Of a stretch of 64,000 bases of DNA, positions 1 to 14,096 are shown one piece after another (position 1 is the stretch's first letter; each line of letters begins with the position of its first letter). Both the position numbers and the translations under genes were made by a program. This DNA is from Pseudovirgaria hyperparasitica (taxonomy: Eukaryota), in NCBI GenBank assembly GCA_010093815.1, contig ML996586.1. One strand, written 5' to 3'. The notes below the pieces were generated by a model, which was not told the DNA's origin, searched no databases, and saw only the letters and a list, made by a program, of their open reading frames with translations.

Positions 1-975
1 AATACGGACTTCTGAGCCAACAAAGTCGGGCTTGGCTTTTTGAATAGCGGGATGAGCTCCAGTTGCAGATGGAGAAGTAGGAACGTTTGCAAAGTATTTT
101 TCGGCAAGTTTTACGAGTTCCTGATGGGGAATGCCGCCGGCACCCACGAGAACCATGCGATCAGCAGTGTAATTGGTTTTGATGTAACTGGTGAGATCAT
201 CGCGCGAGATGCTCTCGATGTTCTCCTTTGGACCCAAGATGGTGCGGCCTAAAGGCTGTCCTTGGAAAGCGGTGGCGTGCAAGTGATCAAATACGACTTC
301 CTCTAATTGTTTGTCGACCTCTTCTTGCTCCCTAAGGATTACATCGCGCTCTCTCTCGATGGCGCTTGGCTCGAGCTTCGAGTTTTGGAGGATGTCGGAG
401 AGGATGTCCACCGTCTGAGGAACGTCAGAGTTGAACGACTTGGCGAAATAAACGGTATTTTCGCGCTATAAAAAGATCAGAGACGTTTTGCCGGCCGTTC
501 GTTGCAGATCCACTGACAGATGTGTATGCATTGAGGTGACCACCCATGTTTTCGATCTCCAGCTCTAGCTGTTGTTGAGTGCGTTTTTGCGTGCCCTGTA
601 TGCTCCAATTGATTAACCATAATTCTTTCAATCTTTCGGAGTATACGCACCTTGAAAGCAAGATGCTCAAGAAAGTGTGCAGTGCCATTGGTCTTGTCTG
701 TCTCTGCGCGGCTTCCAGCATCAATCCAAACACCAACAGTCGAGGTCTGCGCCCATGGAGAGTGTTCAGTCGCAATCTATGGATCCCATCAGTATGATAT
801 TAATCAACTATGATCCAGGCTGATTCACCGTGAAGCCGTTGCTCAAAGTCGTGCTTTCCGTGATGGCTCCGTGACTGACAGGTGATGCAAACGCTCTTTG
901 AGGCCGAATCGCGCTGAGAGCAGCTTTACTCCGGACAGCTTGCTTGAGATTGAGAGCGAGCCGCCTTGATGCCAT
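1..975 (-). CDS. MAS1: Mitochondrial processing peptidase beta subunit (M16 family), 5' part; runs off the window start
   Basis: ATG at 975 gives presequence [10 protein letters not shown]. Spliced exons read [77 protein letters not shown], with the inverted zinc motif HFLEH; three short introns. Confidence 0.95.
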
Positions 976-1269
976 GGCGACAATATGTGCGGATGAGATG
1001 GACGTGGGAGGTGGTGAGGATCGGGGTGATGGCCAAAAAGTCGAGCTCCCGTATGGAGGTCCGCTGTCGAGTGGTGAGGCTCAAGCAGATTTGCTAAGCG
1101 TAGCTCATTGACCAATGGGATTGCAGACGTACTAATAATCCCCAGCCGAGGAAGCTACAGTGTGGCCGGCTCATCAACATCGATACCTCGAACACCAGGA
1201 ACCAGGATACATCCTCTCCACGCTACCAATCTACCTCCGTGGGCATCGTAAACTCGTCAAGAACTTACT

Positions 1270-1945
1270 ATGGCTACGCTCGCACGTCCTATGGCATTGC
1301 GCCAGGCTCTCCGCGCTCTGCCTAAGCCTTCACATGTCGCGTTCAGACCGTGCAGCACTCTCATCCAACGACCACTTCAGCAGCATTTCGTCAAGCAAGC
1401 TCTCCAGAACACGACCAAGGCTGTGGGATTCCATGCAACTATTCAAAGATCCATCCTCCCACCCGAACCTCAAACAGTGCTGGGCACGGTGAACGACCCC
1501 GCTCCAGTTCCCACTCCGTCGCCAACACATGGTAATTATCACTGGTCTTTCGAGAGGTATATAACTCATATTTCAATACATACTGCGCTAACTGAATACA
1601 AAAGACTTATTTCTGCCGGCCTCATTCCCCTGACAATTGCCCCATTTGTCGGAGGATCGCTCAATCCGACCCTTGACGCTGTCTTCTGCGCGACCATGCT
1701 CGTCCACTCGCATATTGGATTCCAGTAGGCGAACATTCGGATACGCCTATACAGCAGCATACACTAACCAAGCATACAGAGCCATTCTCATCGATTATAT
1801 TCCTATAAAGCGCATGCCGGGCGTGCGGAAATTCTTCATGTGGTTATTAAATGCTGCTACCGTCGTAGTAGGCATTGGCTTGTACGAATTTGAGACCAAC
1901 GACGTTGGCGTGACGGAGGCCATTAAGAAGCTATGGCACGCATAG
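1270..1945 (+). CDS. SDH4: Succinate dehydrogenase cytochrome b small subunit (CybS)
   Basis: Arg-rich presequence, then GNYHWSFER, DAVFCATMLVHSHIGF, IDYIP and YEFETNDVGVTEAIKKLW; two introns. Confidence 0.93.
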
Positions 1946-2940
1946 ATTGTATAATTAAGGGTATATCACAGTCAATACAAGTTATTTTGTAATCACGCCA
2001 GTCCTTGCGTTCCAGAAGTTAGGCCAGGTAAATGCAGGTATGGAGATAGGATATCTACTTGCTATCCACGTTTATACTGGTCTTGATGGAAGATGCATGA
2101 TTACTTTGAATCTTGTCTCGAGCACCCCTTCTGTCTCATTCTTTATCAGTATCCGACGATGTAAGCAAGCAGACGACGTGATCCATCTTCAGAGGATTGG
2201 CCACGTAGACTGACTGGGATGCTGGGTCTCGATCCCAAACAGAGGCAATGCTTATCCAACGTGACATCCATGGCAACGGGCTTGAGACATAAGCTCCCCA
2301 GATGTCCCAACTTGCGTCAGTCTTCCGTAGCTTCGTCTTTTTCCTGGTTGGGGACGCCTCTCGCCAGCGGTATCACTTACTCTTCGTCTCAAAGCGAAGT
2401 CTTGACCCCAAACCAAAAGAAGGACTTCGGCCACAGGAGTACTAAAGGCCAAATGATAGATCTACTGGAAACCTCTGTAATAAATACGGTCATCATTATT
2501 GAGGATACGTTTTGTCTGTGTCCTAGAAAAGTGAGCCCAGCTAGGGTGGACCGCATGTCGCAAGCTGCACAATTCATCAAAACCTGGCGCCATCATCCGC
2601 AGGTCTGCTGTGCCGGGACTTCTAGTTTGTGGGCCCTCGAGCGACTGGTCAAGAGACAGCGCTGTCAATTTTGCTGCGGTCCACGCGTTCAGTGAAAGGC
2701 TTGATTAATGGGGACATAATACATGCTGAAGACTAGGATGGGCTCCAGGAGAGAAACAACCATACGTGAACTGTTGGGCTGCAGTCATTACCATCATTTT
2801 ATATTTAGACTATGTTTATATGTGACTTCTTTACTGTCTTTTATATGATACAAATACAGCCCATTCCCTGACACTAGGTGTGCGTTATACAAGGAGTAAA
2901 TCGATGCCACCCATGTGGCAATCATGTAACATTGACTTAG

Positions 2941-4516
2941 TCAAACATCCAACATCGCCCTCGGATCCTTACATTTCGCGGGATTCGGCGGTAATATCAG
3001 GTCGAGACTGTCTGCTTCACTATCGCTTGGCCTTCTAGAGATAGAGTCGCGCGTTGGCGACGAGTTCTGGCTCCCGCGATCAACCACCACCTCTGTCGTA
3101 CATGCAATCCCATGCTCTGGCACCACGGCCAGCTCATCCGGATTCCCACTTGTCACCCACGCCTCAAAGCCCATCGCGTCCGCGGGCGCCGGCCCCTTGC
3201 CTGTGACAGCCGTCGAAGGGCGGTGTGGCAGCCGCGAGTCACGGTCGCTTGGTCGGCTAGCTTTTGAGAAGCTATCAAAGCCTTTGTCGCTCATGGTGGT
3301 GAGCTTAGTAGTTCTAGGATTCTTCTTATGGCGGAAGGGGAAGGTCAGAATACGCGGAGGCTTTGAGCGCGAGAAGACTTGGACACCAGCAGTAGGTGCA
3401 AAGAGGGTAGGAACGAGAGTTGCAAGGACGGCTTTGACGGAGTGGAGGCAACCGCAAACAACGCCAACATTAGCTTGCACAACAGAGACTACCCAGACGA
3501 TGGCGGTAAGATCTGGGCAGAGATAAGCTGATGTAATATCTAGGGAGTATGCTGAGGACTTACGGAGTTGGTCGTCGGTCTGGTAGAAGCTGGCTATGTA
3601 CCACATGCGTACTATGCCCGCGATACAGACACTAAAAGAATAAGATGAGCTTTATGAAATTCAAGGATGAAGGACTGAACGCACATTGACCCGAGACAGA
3701 AGACGCAAAGGAGGCCTACACGCTGCCTGGTTGGTAGTTGCACATGCCACAGCGTGCGCGTAGGCCAGATGTACACGGCAAAGTCCGTGAACGTGTTTAT
3801 AGCCGCGGTGGCCAGAAGTGCTGCTTCGACGTCAATGCATGACTTCTTAGTCTTTGTCCGGTCTAAACTCCATTCCGCTGTAACGGGCCTGTACCGTCTT
3901 AGAAGATTGCTTGAGAAGATTATACGTGGTTCAATCACCACTTACGTGCACTGAAAGATGGTCGTGCACATTGTTGACAGACACCAACATGCTACGATGA
4001 TCATCATGATATGGCAAAACCTCGCATTGGACTTGGTAGGGAAGAGTCGAAGATAAGTGATTGACAAGGAGATCTTGGGTAGTGAACAAGCAATAGGAAA
4101 CAGGAGATTGAAACCGAAAGCAAGCTATATTTACAGTGTCAGCTTAGTGCAGCGACATAGATGGCAGCATAAATGACTGTACTGACCTGCCCATAATGAG
4201 GTGCATATTCACCATTCAATTCTTGTGGAGTTTGCCCATTATTTGAGTAAGAATGGGCTATGAGGCCCATGATACTGAGGGCAAGCGAAGCAATCTGATC
4301 ATGTTAACCAAAAAATAACACAGTTCGCGGTCTGCGCCTCACTGAAGCTAAGCCAATAATACTATCATCGATGCCCAGGTTGCCATGTATTTTGAGGCGG
4401 GCGTAGTAGCGACCTCCGACAAAAAGTAGTTGGATCGGTAGTGACACTCCGATCACACTGTACAGAAAGTCAACGCTGGCTTCTGGTGATAGGTCGTCGG
4501 TCTTGGTGTCCGCCAT
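2941..4516 (-). CDS. PTH11-like integral membrane protein (fungal rhodopsin-like 7TM domain, no CFEM seen)
   Basis: Spliced segments RYYARLKIHGNLGIDD, KISLSITYLRLFP, TIFQC..PV..EW, INTFTDFAVYIWP..LWHVQLPTRQRVGL and WSVVQANVGVVCGC-like (WVVSVVQANVGVVCGCL) match the PTH11 family pattern; several introns. Confidence 0.85.
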
Positions 4517-5982
4517 GATATCAAGTGAGCCTGTGCTCTTCACTGCCTTGTGGGATAAAAGATGACCTGATCAGAAGCATGGCGATGTATATATGTACAG
4601 ATGCTCAAACTCAGTTTGTACCTTTGGGCAGAGCCAGTATCGTTGAGATGGATCGATCTGTAGGGATAGGAATGCCTGATTGTAGATCAGGCGGTGCCGA
4701 CAGCATCGAGCGAGACAAGTGTTTATGACGTCGGGAGGGGAGGCTACTGGATTGTGGTTACAACGCAGCCCAATTGCATGGATGTTCTTTCTCGAACATG
4801 CAAGAAGCCACTCTGTCCCAAGTATCATGGCCCATCCGGTACTCTGGGCATTCGTCAGGTACCAAGCTACAAAGGTGCGTGTAAGAGAGAGAGACATGGG
4901 TCTCACACTGAACAGTTGCCGACCAGTCATCCGCGTGGTTCTTGGTGACGGCTGAGGCTTTGAGGTACAGTAGTAGATCCCAGATACTTGACCTGGGAAA
5001 CACTCAATTGCAGGATCCCGGTGTCGTATAGCATTGTAGATTACGAGCCAGTCCCTGTGTTCCGTCACGCCGTCAAGTAACTAGACAGGGTCCACTGACA
5101 AGACGGCATGGCTTGAACATTGCCATATCCCGCTTCTGATAACACTGGAACCACGAACTCTCAAATCCAGCCGCAGTGCGAAGTGCAAGGTCGATACTCA
5201 TGCTCGATGACGTCTGGCATATCCTTCTTCGGTAGTCTTATTCTGCATATGGCACAGTATCTGCCCGCATTAGCAGCAAGGCGTAATGTACATAGGCCTA
5301 AGTAGCGGTTCATACAAGCCATGAACAAATCGCGACCTTGGGAATGGCACCCGACAACCAGGCGCGAAGAAACTTCGGATATGTAGTAAGCACGGGGTAT
5401 GCCTGCCCGACGGTATGGCCGCCACCGGCGTGATAGCGTCACTTCTTTAGAAGAAGAAGGGTTGATCCCCTTAATGCTGAAACGGGACGCTGATATTAAG
5501 GTTTGAAAAGTAGAGCAAGATCGGCGCCTCCCGCACCGGGACAAAACTGGGCTGCGGCACCGTTTTCCCCACCCTCCAAGACCTGCGAAACTGTGAATAC
5601 GGAGTAGGTACCGATCAAATTTTTGAGTTACGGAGCACAAACCTTGATAAGCTATTGTCCTTATTGTGTCAGCGAGAGCAGTTTGTTGGGTGGTATCTGA
5701 ACCTGACGTATTGTTCGTCGAAGTCGGTGCTTCCCAAACCAGGTACTTTGGCTTCATGCAATGATAGTGTACTTGGACAAATCGCGTGATGAGGTGCTGA
5801 CGTTGTCGTGCAACGAGAATAAAATGCACACTGTGCGACTAGTTTGGATAATACAATTCGTATATAAAACTCCATGTCATGCTGTAGGCTGTATAATCCG
5901 AGATTCTGGAAATGCTATCGCCGCAATGTCACGATATCATTGGTATCTCAGCGCCATGATATGCTTTCACATCTCCCTTGGC

Positions 5983-8456
5983 TTAAGGACGATGATTCGA
6001 GTCCTTTGCCACACTGTCAGGCTCCTTGATGTTGACAGTACGACTTACATTATGGAGATTCACACGAGCTGAGATGCTCGTTTGGTCCTGTGTTAAGGTG
6101 GCCTTGCGGGCGTTTCTTGCCACGACTCTACCCTCTTCGTTGTCGCTATCAGTGGCCGCACTCTCATCGTCCTCATCGTCCTCGTCTTCCTCGTCTTCTG
6201 CTTCAGAATCCTGGCCCCGTGCGTCGCCTTCAATACTTTCAATAATCGAATCGCCAAGCTCTCCTTCCTCGTCCACAGATGGTCTTGAGTAGTAGCTGGC
6301 TTCTAGATCCTCGACGCTCTCGTCCTCATCGAGCCCTTCACTTCCTTCGTCTTCGCTTCGCAAGGTAGCTGCGTCGTCTGCGTCGTCACCTTCACTCTCA
6401 CTGGCCGAGAAGTCATCTATGTCCAATGTTGGTTCTCTCCAATACGTAAAGTCGGTATATTCTTCTCCGCCATCCTTCACTAGAAGGCCAACAGGTGGGA
6501 AATAGTGATCCAAAATTTCGCCCATGGACGCATAGCCTGTCTTGTATGTACCTAGGGTCTCTAAGAAGATGGAGACCTCCGCATTCGCATTGATTGTGAA
6601 AATCCTAGTACTTGGAATGTTGACCGACCGGTAGCTCAATGCATCAGTCAATCGATTGCCAAATCCGGCGTAGAAGGGCGTCCGTGACGGTGCCTTGTTG
6701 AACAGTAACATGATATCGCGAAGGCAGGCCATTTTGAAGATCTCCGGCTTCCTCATGTATACTTCTCGGCGTAGTGCAGCGAACGTACGATCCGGGCTCA
6801 TGATCACAGGGCCTTTGGGTAACTTATACCCGTCTTGCATCACGCCGTTGAGGTATGTCCGGGTGCTGTCAGCCTGCCCAACGGACCTGCTCGTCAAGTA
6901 AAAAATATTGTAACCATTGGATACTATGTCCGTGTACAGTCTAGCCACTCCAGTATGAGTCCAATCGCTTCCGATCATGTAGTATATGTGACCTTTTACA
7001 TCTGATCTAAGCCTGCGTCAGTCCGGTATACAGCTCTATATGTAGGCAGACTTACTTAGTGATAGTTCCGTCAATGTCTGAGATCAAGATAGGAACATCG
7101 TGCCGCCAAAGAAATATTGATGCTGTAATTATTGCTCGCCCAACGCTAAAACTCATAGGATTCATTCCTGGTCTCAAGTTCATTGCTTTCAACTGATCGC
7201 TGGTAAGCCGTAACGTTTTTGCGAAATTTCGAGTAACTTCTCCCGGGCCGCTTGGCGTGATTAGTCTGGGTAGCGGCGACAACCCAAGGCCGCTGTCAGT
7301 ATCACCTTTAGTTCCGTCAACACAATCGGAGCCCGTGTCACTGCGGCCATCATCACTGTGATAGCCTGGGTCTGAAATCGCGTCCGTTGATCGTATGACT
7401 TCCTCATTCAGGGCATATGGACTATGTCGCATGGCGGCATTCTTAGCTTCTTCACTACTGTAGATCCAGAGATTTCCATTTTCATCCGCTTCAATCAACG
7501 ATCCAATGTCGTAAGGTCCCTCAAGTTCTTCTGACAAGATCTTTCTCGCAATCAGTTCCGCCTTCAATGACTCCTCTTCACTACTTTTCCAGCCCGTCAT
7601 ATCTAGCATTAAGTCGCCGCGGTCATTCACGTGTGAAGGTATATTCGAGGACCAAAGTTTCTTAGACAAATTGATAGCACGAGCAACGGCTTCTCGTGTT
7701 GAAACAGGAGGAGGGCTAACAGATCTTTCAGCTTGATCAACCGCTATCGTAACTGGCGAAGGTGCTCCTTCCCTGGTCTCTGCACCGTCATAGGACTTCG
7801 AAAGTGATGGTTTCGCAAAGGGCATGGCCTCGTCCGTCGTCGAGCGACCTGTCGAGGAAGGCTTGCTCTGACCAGACCAATTCCTGTATCGTGGTCTTAA
7901 CGAGTATTCTTCTTCAAGGGCAGGACTTGACAACGAAAGTGCGTCAGTTTCAGTATGGGACATCTCTTGTCTCAAGCTCTTTCCCCTCTTCCGGCTGTCA
8001 TCAGAAGGCTGCCCACTTACAGCAAGATCTAGAGGCTCGGGTTCCGGAAGACTCTGCTTCCCAGCTTCTGCGGATTCTGGTTCGGGACTTGTCGCCGGAG
8101 AAACGAGGGGCGAGGTTTGCATGTCCTCTGGAATGCTTTGTGATGTCTCGAACACGAAGAAAGCTTCACCGCCCTCTCCCAATTTCATAGAATATTCTTG
8201 CTTCACATTGTTTACCCTAAACTCTACTTTCTTATCGTATGGACGCAATAGAGAGATCTTGCCGAATCGAACGTGAAATGGAGAGCATGCTAGCGATCCT
8301 GAAGGGGTAAGTCAGTAATGGCCTCCTCTCCAAAGGAAGCTTCGTACCGTCATCTTGTTCGACCACGATTACATCGATGGCGCCGCTCAATGTCGCTGGA
8401 TTGATCGCATTCCATGCCCCTGTCACTGACCCAGTGATAGAGCGCACGTATTGCAT
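5983..8456 (-). CDS. PAH1: Lipin / Mg-dependent phosphatidate phosphatase (Pah1/Ned1)
   Basis: N-LIP INPATLSGAIDVIVVEQ..CSPFHVRFGK; C-LIP HAD motif ISDIDGTITKSD, YLTSRSVGQAD and PFYAGFGNRLTDALSY; acidic tail; two coding introns. Confidence 0.96.
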
Positions 8457-9166
8457 TTCTCTTCTATTATGTTGTTTGCCGATATACGCGAAAGCCGAAG
8501 GGCTAGTCGGCGCGTAGACAGAAGGCGGTTGGTAGAGTATATGCAGTTGTTACAGTGGATGGTGTAAATATAGATTCTACCAGCAATAGAGCCTGTAACA
8601 GGATACCAGGGCTCCTGAAACAAAGGCAAGAAGCATTTGAGTCGCAACGTACAAGGTGTTGACGTTAATTCACCGAGGAATCACAGACCGGCACAGGTCA
8701 TCTGAGGGCCGAACGATGGGCCTATGACGGCGTTTCAAGAGCGTAGGGATAAAGCCGGATGGATTACGCAAAGAGAGGAGAAATAGTGGTCCGCTTGGAA
8801 AGGAGAAGCAGTAGATAGAAGATTCAGGTCACGACAGAGTCAAAGATGCTGAGTGAAGGAGAACAATATGAGATTATATGAATGGAAGCTGCCTACGACC
8901 GCTAATTACCTTACGATCCATACCGACATGTGCAAACACCAAAGTAGACTGGGCCGCGCCACACCTTATGGGCTTGGGACTTGTCCAATCTCGGCTAGTG
9001 TCTCAGCAGGGTCGAACCTCCTCGGCTTGGGTTTCAGCCTGAGGTTTCTTATCGTTACTTTACCGAGAGCTTCGTAACTTCTGCTCATGCCACCTACCAA
9101 CGTACAATTCCCTGCCTGCTGCATGTATACTTCTCTGTGTGGATTGTCTGCATATTCTGTCCGTTT

Positions 9167-12100
9167 ATGCCTTTATCTCCATGGGCTGCAGTTATTTTAG
9201 CCGTCGTTGCAATTGCTGCCAGGCTATGGTTGCCCTTCCTTTTCAAACCTGAGTCTTCTCCGCAGGCTTCCCTGATGGCTACTTCAGAACTTCATTTGCG
9301 CTGGCATCCCGAGCAGGCGTCTCCGAGCATAGAAACACTTTTTGTGTTTTCAACATCATGGCTGAGGACCTTTCTTGCTGGACTTGCTCTATGCTGGTAA
9401 GTCCGTACGCAACTGTCTGAGATAACATTCTAAACGTGAGCCTAGGTTATCCCTTCGGGCCTGGCAAGTCGTCTCGAAGCCCGCAGAAGAATTGACGACG
9501 CTTCTAGGCCTGGAAGTACCCAGAGCTCCTGTGGTGTCACTCGCAGGTGTGAAGGCTGATGGCGTTCTGCTACACTGGAAGACACTGGAACGGAACATTG
9601 TTAAATACATTGTCAAGATGAACGGAGTCGAAAGTAAAGAATGGCCATTGATCATAAGGACCAATGCTAATATCCCGGCAGTTGGTAATGTGTCTCAGCA
9701 CGAGAATGCCATAATCATATCCAATCTACAGCCCGATCGTAATTACACCATACGGATTGTTGTACTGAATAATGTTGGATTCCGAGCCTTCAGTACGCCA
9801 ATAAACGTTCGCACCCTATCGATATCCTCCGGCGAATACATCAACGGTTCGCAGCAGAAGGAGGAGCCTCTGGTAGCAGAAGATGATGGATACGCTCCAG
9901 CTCCAGTTGTACAAGCATCTCGAGCCTTTTCTGAGGCATTCTCGTCCACTACGCTACCTCCTGCTATGACAAGAGAGCATAGTAATTCCATTTCAAGGTC
10001 TAAGCGCAGCGATACTGCCAGATGTACTTCTGGTGATGTACCGCTCACCAAATCCAAGGAACCAGAGCAAAAAATGCAGCATCTACAAGAAAGGCTGGAA
10101 TGTCTGCGCATGGACATTGAAAGAGAGGAGATGCAAATAGAAAAGGAAGATAGAGAGTTTGTCGCCACGAAAGAGACGTTGCAACAGCAAAAAGATGAAA
10201 TTATGAAAGTTTTGAAGGAAAGATCGAAGAACAGCGAAGATCTGAAGAAAGACGTGTCCCGTGTGGAGCGTGAACGTACGGCGGTGCTGACCAAGCGGGT
10301 TAACAAGGAAAGGCAGTTGAAAGATGTGCAAAAACGGCGGCAAGACATGAAGACTGACCTGGACACATGGGAACGCGAGATTTCCGATGTTGCAGAATCT
10401 ATACAGCGCCTGGCGGCCGAGAAAATCGAATATCGAATATGCAGCGAAGCAAAACTATTCGAAGCCAATGTTAAATATGCAGATGAGCAGGCTGTAAATA
10501 AGCAGCTGGAAGAAGAGATTCAGCAGAAAAGAGTTGCAGTCAATCAATTGGAGGATGAGCATAACCATCTAGTGTCGAATGATGGCATCAAGCACCATAT
10601 GGACACGCGCGACCCTGGGGAAGTCGAGGCTGATATGCAGTGGCGTCTGCGTATTCAGAATCTTCAATCTCGCTACACGCTGGCGTGGCAAATGATGCAG
10701 CAGGTGACAAGCATTCATCAGCAACATCAAATCAGGGCTCAATGGTACGAACAACGAAGGGCAAGCCAGCCTCATTTGTTTGGTTCTAGTTCGCCGGTCG
10801 AGGGACCTGCGAGAAGCGATAGTTTTCAACGAAGACGAAGAGGACAAAGTATTCGTAACGAACAGTCTACGTTACCGACAAACTATATGACTAGTGCACC
10901 ATCCTTCAATGGTGCGATCGCTGGCCTGTCTCCATCATTCTCTACCACATCGCCATTCTTGAACATCAACAACGGCATGACGTTGCCTCTGTCTTCACAT
11001 TCGCATGGAGTAATGTCTCCAGACCTCGAAATGCTCACAGGAGGTGGACCTATGAGCCCTACTGCGGGTGATTTGCTTCCAAGAGGCTTATTCGTCGATG
11101 ATTCTGAAAGAAGTGTGGATGGACGCAACTACAAACATGCCCCAGAAGGATCGCGTCCTATCCTGCCCTTGCTTCCAGGTCTTGGGGCGCCACAGACATT
11201 GGAGCAGTCAAGCCAGCATCCATCTGCTCAAGGGCCCAGCTCGCCTATCTCAGTGAACAGCCGTCCAGCCAGCATTTTTGCAAGCCCGAGAGAAAGCACG
11301 ACGCATCTAGCCCTCAATTTTGTTACTAACGATCTTGTCGACAGCGATAAAAGATCGATTAGATCGACATCAAGCTCTCTGAGAAATACTGGGACACGTT
11401 TCGGAAGCTTATTCGGTTTCAATAGACAACGAGGAAAGACTTGGGATCATGATGGACCTGCTCTGGGCTCACTCAAGAAAGATCAAACACAATCGCTCCC
11501 ACGTCAAGACATCGATCAAGATCCGATTGGTACGCCCCAACGTCGTGGTAGCCATTCGAACAGCTGGGTAGACCAGATGTCGAGTGCATTCACACGAAAG
11601 CCTCCATCAGTTGAAGCAGCTGAGTCAAGCATCAAACAAAGTGCGCCTCGCCGTCGAGGCCTCAACATGTTCGGCTTCAAAGGCGACGCATTGAATCCTT
11701 CTTCGCTGAGCCTGGATCGGCCCGCGTCGCCACGGCCTGCTTCAATCAAGGCAAGCGTACCGCTCCCAAGACCATCCACTGAAAGCCAAAATCGCTTTGG
11801 TTGGCCCATTGAAGGCCTTTGGCAACATAGAAACAGTCCATTAGGTTCTGAATGGGGTCTGCCTCCTCCATCTACAACATCGTGGTCACGGCACCCGTCA
11901 CGTAGACCATCCGTACAGTACGGGCAATCATCGAGTGGACGAAATCGTGACTCAGGAGTGTTCGACGATGGTATAGCAGAGCTGTCTTCCCCCACAATGT
12001 CGCCAATCCAGGCTCCAATCGGTACTCGACCTGCGTCTTCGCAGGCTCAGATCCCTCCAACGCCACCCAAAGCCCTCAACCCGGCCGCACCGAACTTCAA

Positions 12101-12887
12101 CATCAGCCTTTTCTCGCGAGATAAAACTAGAGCCGAGAAGAGCGCAGCGGACACTAAAGCCGAAAAGGCTGCTGAGAAAGCCGCCGCTAAAGCTGAGAAA
12201 GCCGCTGCGAAGGAAGAACGCGCCCTGCGCAAGAACAAAGAGAAGGAAAAGAAGGCACTTGAGAAAGAAGCCGCTGACAGGGCCAACGCAACCCCTACTC
12301 CCGCGACCATCGAGCCTTCTATCAGCATCACAACACCCCACCTCCATTCCTCTTCGCCTCCTGACGCCCGCTCCTCCCGCGATAACCGCTCCTTCTCTAC
12401 AGCTGATGGCTCTCCGCGCAATTCTCTTGACCGTGTTACCTCCCTGTCAGCTTCCACAACAGATGCTCCCGCCTCTTCCATTGGTAAGGAGTCCTTCATG
12501 TCCAAGCTCTCACGCAAATCCTCCAGTGGCAAGTTCAATTTCCCGGGCTTCACAAGCAGTAAGGCCAAGAAGCAATCTGGCACGAGTGAGGTCGGCACAC
12601 CGGATGAGATTGATGAGGATAGTCATGGTATGCCGGGCTTCACCCCACGTAGCATGGAGAGTGGGTTTGAGGGGCATAAGATCTCGAATAGCCCCGCGCT
12701 AGGGGCGTCGAGCGGTAAGAGTAGTACGCTGAGTTGGAGTAGCCTAAAGAGGATTGGAAAGAAGGGTGATAAGACGCCGAGCCTGCATGAGAGTGTCACG
12801 AGCGAGGGGGGCGCGACAACGGGAGACGAGGATGATGCTGTTGGGCTGGGGGTGAGTGGGTCTATATCGGATATGCGCGAGGCCTGA
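9167..12887 (+). CDS. acrB: AcrB-like protein: N-terminal TM segments, fibronectin type III domain, coiled coil, Ser/Pro-rich tail
   Basis: Hydrophobic N-terminus, LLGLEVPRAPVVSLAGVKADGVLLHW and FN3 IISNLQPDRNYTIRIVVLN, long coiled coil, GGPMSPTA and LPGLGA motifs. Start codon is inferred. Confidence 0.78.
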
Positions 12888-14096
12888 CCGGCCGGTGATG
12901 AAGTGAAAGACTCATCATGTAATGAACTTGAATAGCATTAGTATCGTGCATACATAGGTTGGTCATTAAAGCCATGCCTTGACGCTACAAGCTTGTACGC
13001 TCGCCAAGTGCCACTTGCCTGAGCTAGGGGTACGTCTCTCCATTTGCTGTGTATCTTCGTAGGGATCAAATCCTGCGCTACAAGTCCAGCGGCTCCAATT
13101 TTTGCTAGCTCTCAAAGCGAGATGTCTGACCAAGCCGATCCTCCGACAGTGTTCTCAGGATCTGATCGTACCATCTCGAAATGCTAACTACAATTGCAGT
13201 CCTGAAGAAGAACAATCAACTAGACGTACTAAGACAAATCCAACTCCAATCTTGTACAAGGCGAACTATCCATTGACTGAAAGCATATTTTGCCGCACGT
13301 CCTCTTTATCACTTCGTCCTTGGGGCCTTAAATGACGTTGCCCCTCGCACTCTCCCAAGCCCAAAGGTCTCTTGCCTTGGGGTTAACAAGGAATATACGG
13401 GGGGAAATCGTGAGATCGCATCCTGACTGGTGCATGCGCAGAATGCCACTACACTGTATCGTCGATGCAATTGCATCTGGTGGGCCATGAAGAACTGTCT
13501 AGTTGAGATTTTAAATCATTCCTGCTCCATGCATGTTATAGTACTTGGTAATTAATGTTTCGGAAAACATATCCTGTGGTCCCGAGGACCCACGAATCCC
13601 AGTACAGTATAGTAGAGCAGATCTACTACTTTGCACTTCAGGATTGGGTCCCGCCGTTTCCTTTCATGACACAAGGGATATGCGAATATAGCTCCAGCAA
13701 TCTTGCTCTAAGTGTGATACCAGTTCACACGTGCAAATTCATGAGCAAGAGATGACTGTCCCGTCATCATTACATCGAATGCTAGCAAATGGGCCACAGC
13801 TATTTAGAGCATGACGTTTGAAAATAGAGGCGAACGATAAATATGTAGACATCAATTTAAGAGTTCTAGTCTTCTTCGAATAGCTGGTCTCCACGCGCAG
13901 CAATCTCAGAGCCCCTGACAGGTACAGGTGCGACAAGTGCCGACCAAGCAGCATTGTAAAGCCTCCAATGCGGCAACAACACTCCAGTAAACATGGTGAC
14001 CACGAAGCCTAATATGTCAGTATTGTATCACCTCCATATTCATCATTGGTCCGGCAGCACAGCGTCCGTAATTATTTCCAAGCCCTCAAGGACCCT

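Noticed and set aside
2219..2695. 158 aa plus-strand ORF between SDH4 and the PTH11-like gene
   Set aside because: No recognisable domain, signal peptide or splice support.
5161..5829. 222 aa minus-strand ORF downstream of lipin
   Set aside because: No family motifs or typical composition; likely chance or 3' UTR.
12130..12275. AEKAAEKAAAKAEKAAAK repeat-like DNA
   Set aside because: Low-complexity charged helix within AcrB, not an independent repeat or array.
9743..12598. Long minus-strand ORFs (241, 159, 183 aa) inside acrB
   Set aside because: Antisense shadows of a well-supported gene; no recognisable motifs.
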